A program made the position numbers and the translations under genes. Shown here piece after piece: positions 9,637 to 18,885 of a DNA stretch of 64,000 bases. Origin of the DNA: Spirochaetia bacterium (GTDB lineage: Bacteria > Spirochaetota > Spirochaetia > DSM-16054 > Sediminispirochaetaceae). Within the stretch, counting starts at the first letter, position 1; each line of letters opens with the position of its first letter. Under the pieces are notes generated by a model, which saw only the letters and a program-made list of their open reading frames with translations, searched no databases and was not told the origin of the DNA. Location: the NCBI GenBank assembly GCA_034520965.1, contig JAXHMY010000002.1:96001-160000 (forward strand), written 5' to 3'.

Positions 9637-9676
9637 GGAGCTGTCCGAGAAGTATCTCAGACAGCTCCGTTTTTTT
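9637..9676 (+). terminator. Rho-independent terminator ending the cfpA-ppdK-like unit
   Basis: GGAGCTGTC...GACAGCTCC stem followed by GTTTTTTT. Confidence 0.8.
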
Positions 9677-9735
9677 AAAATATTATTAAAATAATTCCGA
9701 CGGTTCGGCCAGCGCAGGCCTTTACATTGATGGGT

Positions 9736-10284
9736 TTACCACACTCCGAACTTTTTAATACCTGTAATAACCAGTTCAGCTGCCTTGCGGGCATCCGTAC
9801 GGGGAATTTGGGCCTCTTTGTTGAGTGTTTCTTGGAAGAAGAAATTTAATGTATCCAACACCTCTTCGGTTTTGTAGAAAATCAAAGAAAAATTGACTCC
9901 GGTTGGTCGAAGGATAGTAAAGGAGGAATACGAAATAATCGGTTCTTTACTTACCATTACCCGGGTTTGATTTTTCGCGCTAAAAGTATCTACTTCGGAA
10001 AAACGATGTGGAATCTTCAGTCCGCGATCACGTCGAAACGGTTCGATATACTTTTGCGGGAAGCTTGCCGGCTCGACAAGGACAAACAGTTTACTCCCGT
10101 CGGTTTCAAAGGTGAGCCCTTCATCACTTGCATAGAGGTTTTTTACATTGTCATAGGACACTACTTCATAAATAGCATAGGCCGAGGTTTCTTTAAAAAA
10201 AGAGGAAACAATATACCCTCCCTCTTCTTTGGGTAATTTGCCTTGTGAGTATGCCTGAAACAGATCGAGTGCTTTTGGTGCCAT
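9736..10284 (-). CDS. Hypothetical cytoplasmic protein (182 aa)
   Basis: Clean ORF with strong SD AAAGGAG and its own sigma70-like promoter; no recognisable motif. Confidence 0.75.
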   Translation of the reverse strand: MAPKALDLFQAYSQGKLPKEEGGYIVSSFFKETSAYAIYEVVSYDNVKNLYASDEGLTFETDGSKLFVLVEPASFPQKYIEPFRRDRGLKIPHRFSEVDTFSAKNQTRVMVSKEPIISYSSFTILRPTGVNFSLIFYKTEEVLDTLNFFFQETLNKEAQIPRTDARKAAELVITGIKKFGVW

Positions 10285-10374
10285 TATCCGCTCCTTTCTT
10301 ATAGTTTCGCATGCCGCTTCGCGGCAACCGAAACAGCGAAAATAGCCGTATCCGGCTATTTTCTTATATTACAC

Positions 10375-10402
10375 AGTATAGTATCAATAATTTAGAAGTC
10401 AA
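10375..10402 (-). promoter_or_regulatory. Sigma70-type promoter for the 182-aa gene
   Basis: Minus strand TTGACT (10402-10397), 16 nt spacer, TATACT (10380-10375). Confidence 0.6.
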
Positions 10403-10428
10403 TCCAGTAATTTTTTTTCTTGCCAGCA

Positions 10429-10469
10429 ATTCGCAATTTGAAAATTTTGGAAAATTTCAAATTGCGAAT
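10429..10469. repeat. 15-bp perfect inverted repeat
   Basis: ATTCGCAATTTGAAA-N11-TTTCAAATTGCGAAT. Confidence 0.85.
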
Positions 10470-10515
10470 GCTTACATTTTGTTTAAGATAAGTAGTTTAT
10501 CTTAAATATTTTATG

Positions 10516-10560
10516 GGAATTCTCATTTTGGAATCTTATGACTTCCAAAATGAGAATTCC
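10516..10560. repeat. 18-bp perfect inverted repeat
   Basis: GGAATTCTCATTTTGGAA-N9-TTCCAAAATGAGAATTCC. Confidence 0.9.
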
Positions 10561-10596
10561 TGTTTTCTTGCAGTTCAGCGCGTTTAGACCGGGCGT

Positions 10597-12492
10597 TTAA
10601 ACGGTTGCAGATTTTAAGTTTTCAGCCCGCTCGTAAAAACGCTGTGCAAATTGCTCCATGCCCCGCTGTCGATAAATTTCCGCCACATTGTAATAGGCTC
10701 TCCAGTCCGTCGGTTCTACTTCCTGGGCGGAACGAAATGCCTCTAAGGCGGCGGAAGAATTACCCGCTTTGTACTGCATAACCCCATAAATGAGATACAA
10801 GTTAAGCGAAGGTGAGGGGAGATATGCAATGGCAGCCGACAATAGCTGCAGCGCATGGGTTTTCCGCCCGGTTTTCGACAAACAAAATATGAGAGGGCGT
10901 AGGTATTCCTCTTTTTCGGGCTCCTGCTGCAAGAGTCCCCGATATATCACGGCCGCCTGGTTGTAATCCTTAATCTTTCGATAACAAATTGCCCGGATAC
11001 GGTTTAGATACCGCGAATCCTGTACATAGGGAAGGACAGCTTCTATCTGCTTTAAGGCGGACTGATATTTTTCATCGGCATATAAGTGTTGAATATAGGC
11101 GGTTCTGATTTCTATGTCGTGGGGTTCAAGTTTGAGATAATTTTTACAGAGGCGGCCGAGGTCGGGCAGCTTAACCTCATCGCGCAGTTCAATAATTCCT
11201 CGGTATGCTTCTGTATTCTCAGACGAAAGGCGTATGCCCTTCCGGTACCACTTGACGGCCTGTTCCGGTTGGTCATCGTCAGCATACGTGTCGGCAACAG
11301 CTTGAATCAGCAGTAGATCGGGGCCAAACTCTTTTATCGCTCCATACAGCTCATCTAATATAGTCTGAATGTCGAGGGGTAAACGACTTCTGCACACAAC
11401 CCGGTAATAACGGGCGGACTCATTGTCGGGATGATAATGAAGGATACTATCTATCTGCTGCAGCATTTTAGGGTATTCACCTATATCCCACCAGATCATG
11501 CTCAATCCAAAATGTGCATGTAAATTCGAACGATCCCGCTCAACCGCCCGGGTAAAGTGATTTATAGCCCATTCGGTGTATCCCAGCCCCCGATAGGACT
11601 CCGCCACCAGCAATCGGATTGGAATATCCCGGCTGTTTTGCTTAAGTATATATAGGCCATGATCTAGGGCTTTTTGGTAGTCCCCCCGCTGGAGATATTG
11701 AAAGGCCAGGGCATGGTCCGCCTCACTGCTCTGTACAAGTGGAGAATTGGGATGGGTGCGTGCCAACAGACTTAGCAATTCACGCCCGCGCTGCTCATTA
11801 CCGGACTGGATGTTGAGAATTGCGGTTCGATACAGTATCAGCTCATCCTCGGGTGATTCAGCAAAAGCCGCCTCATAAGCCTCAACAGCCGCCTCATACT
11901 CACCGGTCTGACGGTACAACATTCCAAGATACAAATTGGTAAGAATATTCTCTTTACCCTTTTGTTTTAAAAACTCAAAAGCTTCTCCGGCATACTTGGT
12001 ATCTCCAGCCCTGAAATGCTGTATTCCGCTGACTAACAGCGCATTCAAATAGCCGGAGTAGAGATTTTGATCGGTTGGATACTCCTCGACTAATCTTCCT
12101 AAGATATCAGAGGCCTCGTCCGGCTTGTGTAGTTTTAGCAGGGTATAGGCCAGTAGCATTGCAGGCTGGAAAAATCCGGGTTTGAGACAAAGGCACTTTC
12201 TAAAATGTACAGCCGCGGAGGAATGGATATTCATCGCTAAAAATGATCTTCCCAAGAAAAAATGACCCGCCGCCGAGTCCGAGCGTCGATTGACAAAAGT
12301 GCGCAGTGCATCTATGGCCCGAGAGTATTCGCCTATCCCGTGAAAACTCCGTCCAAGGTAGAGAAAGGCTTCATCCATACTGTCGTCTGCGCTGATAAGA
12401 TAGAGAAGCTTATTCGCCGCTTTACGGTACTCTCGTTTTCGCCCCAACTCTATAGCCTCTTGGAGCAATTGGCTGGTTTCAGAGGTGTTCAT
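10597..12492 (-). CDS. Tetratricopeptide repeat protein
   Basis: Repeated TPR patterns along 631 aa, e.g. AFLYLGRSFHGIGEYSRAIDAL and AYYNVAEIYRQRG. Confidence 0.85.
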   Translation of the reverse strand: MNTSETSQLLQEAIELGRKREYRKAANKLLYLISADDSMDEAFLYLGRSFHGIGEYSRAIDALRTFVNRRSDSAAGHFFLGRSFLAMNIHSSAAVHFRKCLCLKPGFFQPAMLLAYTLLKLHKPDEASDILGRLVEEYPTDQNLYSGYLNALLVSGIQHFRAGDTKYAGEAFEFLKQKGKENILTNLYLGMLYRQTGEYEAAVEAYEAAFAESPEDELILYRTAILNIQSGNEQRGRELLSLLARTHPNSPLVQSSEADHALAFQYLQRGDYQKALDHGLYILKQNSRDIPIRLLVAESYRGLGYTEWAINHFTRAVERDRSNLHAHFGLSMIWWDIGEYPKMLQQIDSILHYHPDNESARYYRVVCRSRLPLDIQTILDELYGAIKEFGPDLLLIQAVADTYADDDQPEQAVKWYRKGIRLSSENTEAYRGIIELRDEVKLPDLGRLCKNYLKLEPHDIEIRTAYIQHLYADEKYQSALKQIEAVLPYVQDSRYLNRIRAICYRKIKDYNQAAVIYRGLLQQEPEKEEYLRPLIFCLSKTGRKTHALQLLSAAIAYLPSPSLNLYLIYGVMQYKAGNSSAALEAFRSAQEVEPTDWRAYYNVAEIYRQRGMEQFAQRFYERAENLKSATV

Positions 12493-12595
12493 ACCTGTAT
12501 GCTACTGTGTGAAGAACTATTTTTCCACCTTTTTTAGCCGTCAAATTGACAAATATTGATCTTTCTGTAAACATAGACGGGTCTGGAGGCAAAAA

Positions 12596-13816
12596 ATGAA
12601 GGTAGTAGTAATAGGGGCCCAATGGGGCGATGAAGGAAAGGGTAAGATAGTTGATTTTCTGGCGGAACAATCAGATTTGGTGGTTCGTTTCTCCGGCGGC
12701 GCAAACGCAGGCCACACGGTAGTACTCCGTGATAAAACCTACAAACTGCATTTAGTTCCCTCTGGTGTAGTCTACGAGGATAAGCTGGTTGTATTGGGTT
12801 CAGGTATGGTCATTGATCCGGAAAGCCTGTTCAATGAACTAGCTACCCTTGAGGAGCAGGGCATCAACTGGCAGGGAAGGGTATTTATATCCGACCGGGC
12901 CCACGTGGTTCTACCTGAATATAAAGAAACCGATAAGCAGATGGACAGTAAGCGCAGAAATCCAATTGGAACTACCGGCCGTGGAATCGGAGTTGCCTAC
13001 GCACAGAAGGCGAACCGTGACGGTATTCGCATTGGAGACTTAAACGATAACGAATTTCTCACAAGCCTCCGTCCGAATGAACGGGAATTCCTAGACCCGT
13101 TTATTGACCGCCTCCGAACAATGAGTATCAACCTTGCGGAGTTCATGCAGAATTACAGTAATGAAAAAGTACTCTATGAAGGGGCTCAAGGGGTTCTTCT
13201 TGATATTGACGTGGGCAGTTATCCCTATGTGTCCTCCGGCTGTTCGGCTGCCGCTGGGGCCTGTGTCGGTGGTGCTATTGGACCACGCAGTATTGACCAA
13301 GTTCTTGCAGTATTTAAAGCATACAGTACAAGAGTAGGGAATGGACCATTTCCCTCAGAATTTACCCATGAGCGGGACGGTGACCTGGGAGATACCATCC
13401 GTGAAATTGGGCATGAATATGGAGTTACAACCGGAAGACCTCGCAGATGCGGGTATTTAGATTTAGTAGCAATGCGTTATGCCTGTCAGACAAACTCTAT
13501 TGATTCACTAGTACTTACACATCCGGACGTATACGATACCTTCGATGAAGTTTCCGTGTGTGTCGCCTACAAAATCGATGGGCAGGAAACAACATCCTTC
13601 CCCTCTTCGGCCAGAAAGCTGGAAAGAGCCGAACCGGTACTGAAAAAGTTTCCGGGATGGAAAAAGTCTATCACTGCAGCCACTTCTTTCGATGAGCTAC
13701 CGGAAAATTGCCGAAGCTACATCAACTTTATCGAAGAATACACAGGCACGGCAGTCGGAATAGTATCGGTGGGTCCCGACCGGACTCAGACTTTCATTCG
13801 AAAAAAAGTGTGGTAG
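12596..13816 (+). CDS. purA: Adenylosuccinate synthetase
   Basis: GAQWGDEGKGK, GGANAGHT, IGTTGRGIG and EYGVTTGRPRRCG; SD GGAGG. Confidence 0.97.
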   Translation: MKVVVIGAQWGDEGKGKIVDFLAEQSDLVVRFSGGANAGHTVVLRDKTYKLHLVPSGVVYEDKLVVLGSGMVIDPESLFNELATLEEQGINWQGRVFISDRAHVVLPEYKETDKQMDSKRRNPIGTTGRGIGVAYAQKANRDGIRIGDLNDNEFLTSLRPNEREFLDPFIDRLRTMSINLAEFMQNYSNEKVLYEGAQGVLLDIDVGSYPYVSSGCSAAAGACVGGAIGPRSIDQVLAVFKAYSTRVGNGPFPSEFTHERDGDLGDTIREIGHEYGVTTGRPRRCGYLDLVAMRYACQTNSIDSLVLTHPDVYDTFDEVSVCVAYKIDGQETTSFPSSARKLERAEPVLKKFPGWKKSITAATSFDELPENCRSYINFIEEYTGTAVGIVSVGPDRTQTFIRKKVW

Positions 13817-13844
13817 CTCGAATTCAGAAACATTACCCAATTTA

Positions 13845-13874
13845 GGACGCCCTGTAAAATTTTACAGGGCGTCC
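13845..13874. terminator. 30-bp perfect palindrome between convergent genes (probable bidirectional terminator)
   Basis: GGACGCCCTGTAAAATTTTACAGGGCGTCC lies between the purA stop and the convergent DUF59 gene stop. Confidence 0.6.
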
Positions 13875-13894
13875 AGTGCGTATAAAGGAAACTC

Positions 13895-14173
13895 TTATGT
13901 CGGAACAAATTCAACATTAAAATCGGAAAATTGCCTGTTCAGTTCCTCTTTTATTAGTCGATAGAGGGTGTTCTCAATTGCCATTGATATCCCCACGCAG
14001 GTCATACAAGCAGGCCGATGAGAGCTAAACTTAGTAAACACATAAATTGTAGACCCCTCCTCGCTGTACCGAAATTTCTCAATAACTCCTAGATCACCAA
14101 TCGGAAGATTACTTTCCGGGTCTTTTACATTCTCTAACACCGCATCAAGCTTGTTTTTAACTTTCTGGTCCAT
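13895..14173 (-). CDS. DUF59/MIP18-like Fe-S cluster assembly domain protein
   Basis: LENVKDPESNLPIGDLGVI (DPE...DLG signature) and RPACMTC. Confidence 0.7.
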   Translation of the reverse strand: MDQKVKNKLDAVLENVKDPESNLPIGDLGVIEKFRYSEEGSTIYVFTKFSSHRPACMTCVGISMAIENTLYRLIKEELNRQFSDFNVEFVPT

Positions 14174-14175
14174 AT

Positions 14176-14388
14176 CTACTTTTGTGTTGATTCCGACTTC
14201 GTGTTGAGACCTATAATTTTATACAAGCCGCAGAAACTCATTGCACCCGTTGCCAGCAACACCACCGCCGCGATTCCTAATATAACCGCCAGACTACCTT
14301 CAACAGTACCAGTTAAAACCAAAGCTAAAAACACAATTGAAATTACGTACCTTACAATTTTATCAACCTTGCCTACATTCTTGTTCAT
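14176..14388 (-). CDS. DUF2892 (YgaP-like) small membrane protein
   Basis: MNKNVGKVDKIVR, two TM helices, FCGLYKIIGLNT; SD AAGGAG. Confidence 0.85.
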   Translation of the reverse strand: MNKNVGKVDKIVRYVISIVFLALVLTGTVEGSLAVILGIAAVVLLATGAMSFCGLYKIIGLNTKSESTQK

Positions 14389-14452
14389 TTTGAACTCCTT
14401 ATAAAAATACTACTATATAGATAATATATAAACAGAATGTCACAAATACAAC

Positions 14453-14489
14453 AAAAAAAGCTGGATCGCGGTAGTAGCAATCCAGCTTT
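14453..14489 (-). terminator. Rho-independent terminator on the minus strand
   Basis: AAAGCTGGAT...ATCCAGCTTT stem with a T-run on the minus strand, downstream of the 73-aa gene. Confidence 0.7.
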
Positions 14490-14527
14490 AATCTATGTAA
14501 ACCCACAAATGGATAAGGAGAAACTCC

Positions 14528-14749
14528 TTATGCCGCCGGGCGGGTAGACGAGTTTTTCATCACGGAGTTTATACCGCTCTCAAGAAACAGCCGTTCATAC
14601 TGCTGTTTTGCAAGAATCAGATATGACCATGTTACAGCAAAGGCAGAAATAATAATTCCCGCTAGAAGTACGTGTATATTCAACTGTAATTGAACTGCAA
14701 GACCGCTGAGAAAGATTCCACTAAATAATAGTGTTAGTGCATATTTCAT
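14528..14749 (-). CDS. Small two-TM membrane protein
   Basis: Two hydrophobic helices, SD AAGGGGG, upstream TTGACA-17-TAAATT promoter and a downstream terminator. Confidence 0.65.
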   Translation of the reverse strand: MKYALTLLFSGIFLSGLAVQLQLNIHVLLAGIIISAFAVTWSYLILAKQQYERLFLESGINSVMKNSSTRPAA

Positions 14750-14836
14750 AAGATCCCCCTTAAAAATATCTTTATATCGATAATAATTTAACGTTTTATC
14801 ACAATAGTGTCAAGGCTTTCTTATGATTTTTAGAAC

Positions 14837-15806
14837 TTAATGCTGATTTTTTTCAGTAGCCGACTTGATAAAAGCTTCAACTTCACCGGCGTTAGTCATG
14901 CCTGAACGTGCTCCCATAACTATTGTGTTAAGCGCACCGCAGGCATTTGCAAATTGAGCGATTCTACGCAGAGGCCACTGCTTTATCAAGCCATACAGCA
15001 TGCCGGCGTGAAAGGCATCACCGGATCCGGTACCGTCTACGGGGGTAATCGTAAAGGCCGGACTCTGAAAACTCTCTTCGGCGGAGGCCACAAAACAGCC
15101 CTCACTGCCGTGCAGATCAGGGCGACAACTTCGTTCCCGTATCGCTGCTGCAGGGTTTCGGCCATTTTAAGCGGATCAGCTGTGTCTGCCAGCTGTTCCG
15201 CAGCGCCAATACAGGGGATAAAGTAATCGCAAAGTCGAATTAGCTCATCGAGCTCTTCGGCACTGCAGAGGCCCAGTTCATTGATCAAATCGTGTGAGGG
15301 TATATCTAAATCGAAGCTGACCTTTACCCCATTTCTCTTGGCAATAATTGCCGCCTCAATTGAGGGAGCCAATTTCATCTCTGAGCCTTCCAAATGCAGT
15401 ACACGCGCAGAGGATATGTAATTCTGACAGCTGCGTATATATTCGATGGTAATCGTATCGAGCACATTTGGAAAAAGGTGATTGTCCGTTCCCCCTCTTT
15501 ATCAACCACAATCCATGTCCACGGAGAATGCGTTCCGGCTTCTACTGTACAGGCCGACATATCAATACCGTCTTCCCGGCTATATTGTTGCAGCAATGAA
15601 CCGAAGTTATCATCACCAATTTTGCCGATAAAGCCGGTTTTTAATCCTAATCGAGCCAGGCCGGTAAGGGTATTTCCCATAACGCCGCCGGGATAAAGCT
15701 CATACTTCTCTGGTGGACACACAACCTTGGCATCGGCAGTGGGTATCCGATACAGTTGTATAACTTGATCAATTGCATTTACTCCGAAACCTACTATATC
15801 TAACAT
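14837..15806 (-). pseudogene. PfkB/ribokinase-family carbohydrate kinase with two frameshifts
   Basis: Three overlapping ORF pieces carry GGVMGN...LARLG...GKIGDDNFG, then VSFDLD, then DGTGSGDAF...ANACGA. Frame breaks lie at about 15470 and 15112. Confidence 0.8.
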
Positions 15807-15930
15807 AAAACAAAGTATAGCTTGCACATCGAAAATGGGCAAATTATTTTTTTTGCGGCTCAAGCAGTGCTCAAGCAGTGCTAAACTGCATAAACACCGG
15901 AAACCTTCCTGGAAATCTTCCCAAAAACCA

Positions 15931-18120
15931 TCAGCCGGGAAAGCGCAGCAGCCAGGTACGGTGAATCTTTTTATTTCTTGAAAAATCCTGGGGGAGGGTT
16001 TCCAGGCTTATTTCCTTGATGTCAAACAAATCATACAGGGCTGGGTCCAGCTGAAAGCGACGATAATTGTTTGAAAATATTATTTCTCCTGAAGGTTTCA
16101 AATGTTCCGCTGCAAGAGTAAGCACGCGCACATGGTCTCTTTGAACATCGAATACATTCTCATCGCTTTTACGGTTGGAAAAGGTGGGAGGATCTACAAA
16201 AATAAGGTCGTAAGTCTCGAAATCGGATGAGAGAAACTCAAAAACATCCCGTCGAACAAACAAATGCGAATCCGAAGTATAGCGGTTCAAAGCGAAGTTC
16301 TTTTTTCCCCACTCCAGATAAGTATTACTGGTATCAACTGAGACGGTTTTTACTGCCCCGCCATCCGCAGCGTACACACTGGCAGTGCAGGTATAAGCAA
16401 ACAGATTTAGAAATTTTGATTGATCAGATTTTTTCCGTATAATTGACCTAGTAATGCGATGGTCAAGAAACAGGCCTGTATCCAGGTAATCAGCAAAATT
16501 GACATAAAACTTAAGCCCCCCTTCTTTCACTATAAAAAACTCGTGCTCAGCGCCCATCTTTGAATATTGGGAAGAGCCCTTCTGACGTTTTCGCTGCTTC
16601 AGAAAGATACTGTTTTCATCAATTTCAAAACATTGAGGAATAGCTGCAAGGAGCTCTTGTAAACGCTGTTCGGCGGCCTCCGGTTCAATCTCTTTGGGAG
16701 GAGCGTATTCCTGAACTACCGCGTAACGATCTTCATATACATCCACAGCAGCCGCATATTGAGGTATATCCGCATCGTATATCCGATAAGAGCTCACAGC
16801 GTTCTTCTTTAGATACTTTTTTAAGAGGCGCTTGTTCTTTAATATGCGATTTACAAGCATATTTACACCGGAGGTCTGATCATCATCTTGAACGGAAGGT
16901 GTACCTTTGGTGAAAGTAGAGCCACCGGCAGCATCCTCGGGCGGAACAAATGAATTAGCTGTATCAAGGGTAATTCTTACCAATACAATTTTCAGGTTTC
17001 CATTGTAAATTGTATTAATTCTATCGGCGCGTAGGCCTAACTGCTTGGCCGCAGCCTTATCGGGGGCCAAAATCGCGGCGGTATAGTTGGGAAAATGTTC
17101 TTTTATCCATTTACCAAACTGCGAATAAAGGAGATCTACCTCCTCACGTTTTTGCAGACGCACCCCGTAGGGAGGGTTGGCAACCATCAGCCCCGGTGCG
17201 GCCGCTTGCAGGGGAACTTCCAAATGCTCGAAGGGCTGGGTTTTTAACTGAATTTTATCCGAGAGGCCGGCCCGCTTTATGTTTTCAGCAGCTGCATCTA
17301 CAGCCTTCCGGCTTTTGTCGGATCCATAAATAGGAGGTATCTGTGAAAGTCCCTTCGCTCTGGCTGTTTCAGCCTCAGAGTGCACAGCATTCCAGGTTTC
17401 GGTTTCATGGTCTTTCCATGCCTCAAAGCCGAAGCGCCTTCGCAGCAATCCGGGGGCAATATTTCCGGCTATCAGTGCAGCTTCGATCGGCAGGGTTCCG
17501 GACCCGCACATGGGGTCAATCAACGCCCCTCCCTGAGCTGCAATCTCCGGCCAGCCGGCTTTGAGAAGTATGCCCGCTGCGCTCGTCTCTCTCAGTGGAG
17601 CCTTGGTGCCGCTTAAGCGGTAGCCGCGTCTATGCAGGCTGTCACCGGACAAATCTAAGTATACCGTAGCACTCTGTTTTTCCGTATGCAGATGAAAACG
17701 CATATCCGGATTTTCGGTATCCACATTAGGCCGCTCGCCGAAGCTCTTCCTAAAGGAGTCTACAACCGCATCTTTTACCTTGAGTGCTGCATAATTGGCA
17801 TTCTTTACCCTCGATTTAGATACATTCGCATCGATAGCAAAGGTTGATGAAATCGAAAAGAGATCTTTCCAGTTAACTTCAGCTGCACCGGTGTAAATAT
17901 CATCTTCCTGGGTAAACTCAAATTCATGTAATTTCAGGAGCACCCGAGAAGCAACTCTGGACCACAGGCAGAGTTGATAGGCGGTACGCAGCTCACCCCT
18001 AGCGCGGCAGCCGGCCACGGTTTGTTTTATATCGGATGCACCCAGTACTTCCAGCTCGTCCTTCAAAAGTGGCTCGAGATAGCGGGTGCAGGTAATAAAG
18101 AGCGTATACATGTTTCTCAC
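15931..18120 (-). CDS. rlmKL: Bifunctional 23S rRNA m2G2445/m7G2069 methyltransferase
   Basis: THUMP domain, SLHRRGYR, APLRET, DPMCGSGT and NPPYG, then a second MTase with YLDTGLFLDHR, LNLFAYT and DPPTFSN. Confidence 0.95.
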   Translation of the reverse strand: MRNMYTLFITCTRYLEPLLKDELEVLGASDIKQTVAGCRARGELRTAYQLCLWSRVASRVLLKLHEFEFTQEDDIYTGAAEVNWKDLFSISSTFAIDANVSKSRVKNANYAALKVKDAVVDSFRKSFGERPNVDTENPDMRFHLHTEKQSATVYLDLSGDSLHRRGYRLSGTKAPLRETSAAGILLKAGWPEIAAQGGALIDPMCGSGTLPIEAALIAGNIAPGLLRRRFGFEAWKDHETETWNAVHSEAETARAKGLSQIPPIYGSDKSRKAVDAAAENIKRAGLSDKIQLKTQPFEHLEVPLQAAAPGLMVANPPYGVRLQKREEVDLLYSQFGKWIKEHFPNYTAAILAPDKAAAKQLGLRADRINTIYNGNLKIVLVRITLDTANSFVPPEDAAGGSTFTKGTPSVQDDDQTSGVNMLVNRILKNKRLLKKYLKKNAVSSYRIYDADIPQYAAAVDVYEDRYAVVQEYAPPKEIEPEAAEQRLQELLAAIPQCFEIDENSIFLKQRKRQKGSSQYSKMGAEHEFFIVKEGGLKFYVNFADYLDTGLFLDHRITRSIIRKKSDQSKFLNLFAYTCTASVYAADGGAVKTVSVDTSNTYLEWGKKNFALNRYTSDSHLFVRRDVFEFLSSDFETYDLIFVDPPTFSNRKSDENVFDVQRDHVRVLTLAAEHLKPSGEIIFSNNYRRFQLDPALYDLFDIKEISLETLPQDFSRNKKIHRTWLLRFPG

Positions 18121-18849
18121 CTAATCATTTATCAGTTGGACATCAGGGGGCAGATTGTAAATTACATCCTTCCGTTCTATAACAATCCGACTTTTTTTCT
18201 GCAGTTCCGCGTCTGCTTTAATACTAGCTAAAAGTTCAAGGGTAGGGTTTATAGCTATCGGTCGCCCAACTCTCCGCAGCATCGATAAATCTCCATTCGT
18301 ATCCCCATACGCATAACTTTCAGTCAAATCGATATTGTAATCTTGCTCCAGCTGATGTATAGCTTTATTTTTACTCTCAGAATCCCACATGGGAACTACC
18401 TCTCCAGTAAAGCGCCCCTGCTGGTCCAGAAGGTATTCAGCACCCCGGTATGCATCTATTCCGAACTTTTCGGCCATTTTTGATACTAAAAAGGTTGGGC
18501 TGCCTGAAATAAAAAGTACCTTATGCAGATTATCCTGGTGCCACTTAATGCGGTCCCGGGTAAATTTATATACAATGTCGCCATTTAATCGAATTACCTG
18601 GCTGCCGATAAACTCAAGATCACTCTTTTTGCGTCCTTTCAACGCTTCAATATAAATATCTATCAACTCCAGCATATAATCTTCGTAGTGTCTTACTCGC
18701 TTACGCCACTCTTTATAGGTGTATTTTACATTCGAATGCCATAAGCGCGGATCGATTACTTCATATTTTACCAGTTTTTTAAAATGTTCTATCATTAACG
18801 AATTACGATGCAAAGTACCGTCAATGTCAAAAAATGCACCAATGTTCAA
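18121..18849 (-). CDS. HAD-IB family hydrolase (SerB-like phosphatase)
   Basis: FFDIDGTL, ISGS, K and YAYGDTNGD; TTG start with GAGG SD. Confidence 0.85.
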   Translation of the reverse strand: MNIGAFFDIDGTLHRNSLMIEHFKKLVKYEVIDPRLWHSNVKYTYKEWRKRVRHYEDYMLELIDIYIEALKGRKKSDLEFIGSQVIRLNGDIVYKFTRDRIKWHQDNLHKVLFISGSPTFLVSKMAEKFGIDAYRGAEYLLDQQGRFTGEVVPMWDSESKNKAIHQLEQDYNIDLTESYAYGDTNGDLSMLRRVGRPIAINPTLELLASIKADAELQKKSRIVIERKDVIYNLPPDVQLIND

Positions 18850-18885
18850 TTTAATTCCTCACAGTTTGGATTAATATTGAGTATT

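Noticed and set aside
10311..10505. 64-aa ORF in the palindrome-rich intergenic region
   Set aside because: No SD, runs antisense through a promoter and leader, and has no recognisable features.
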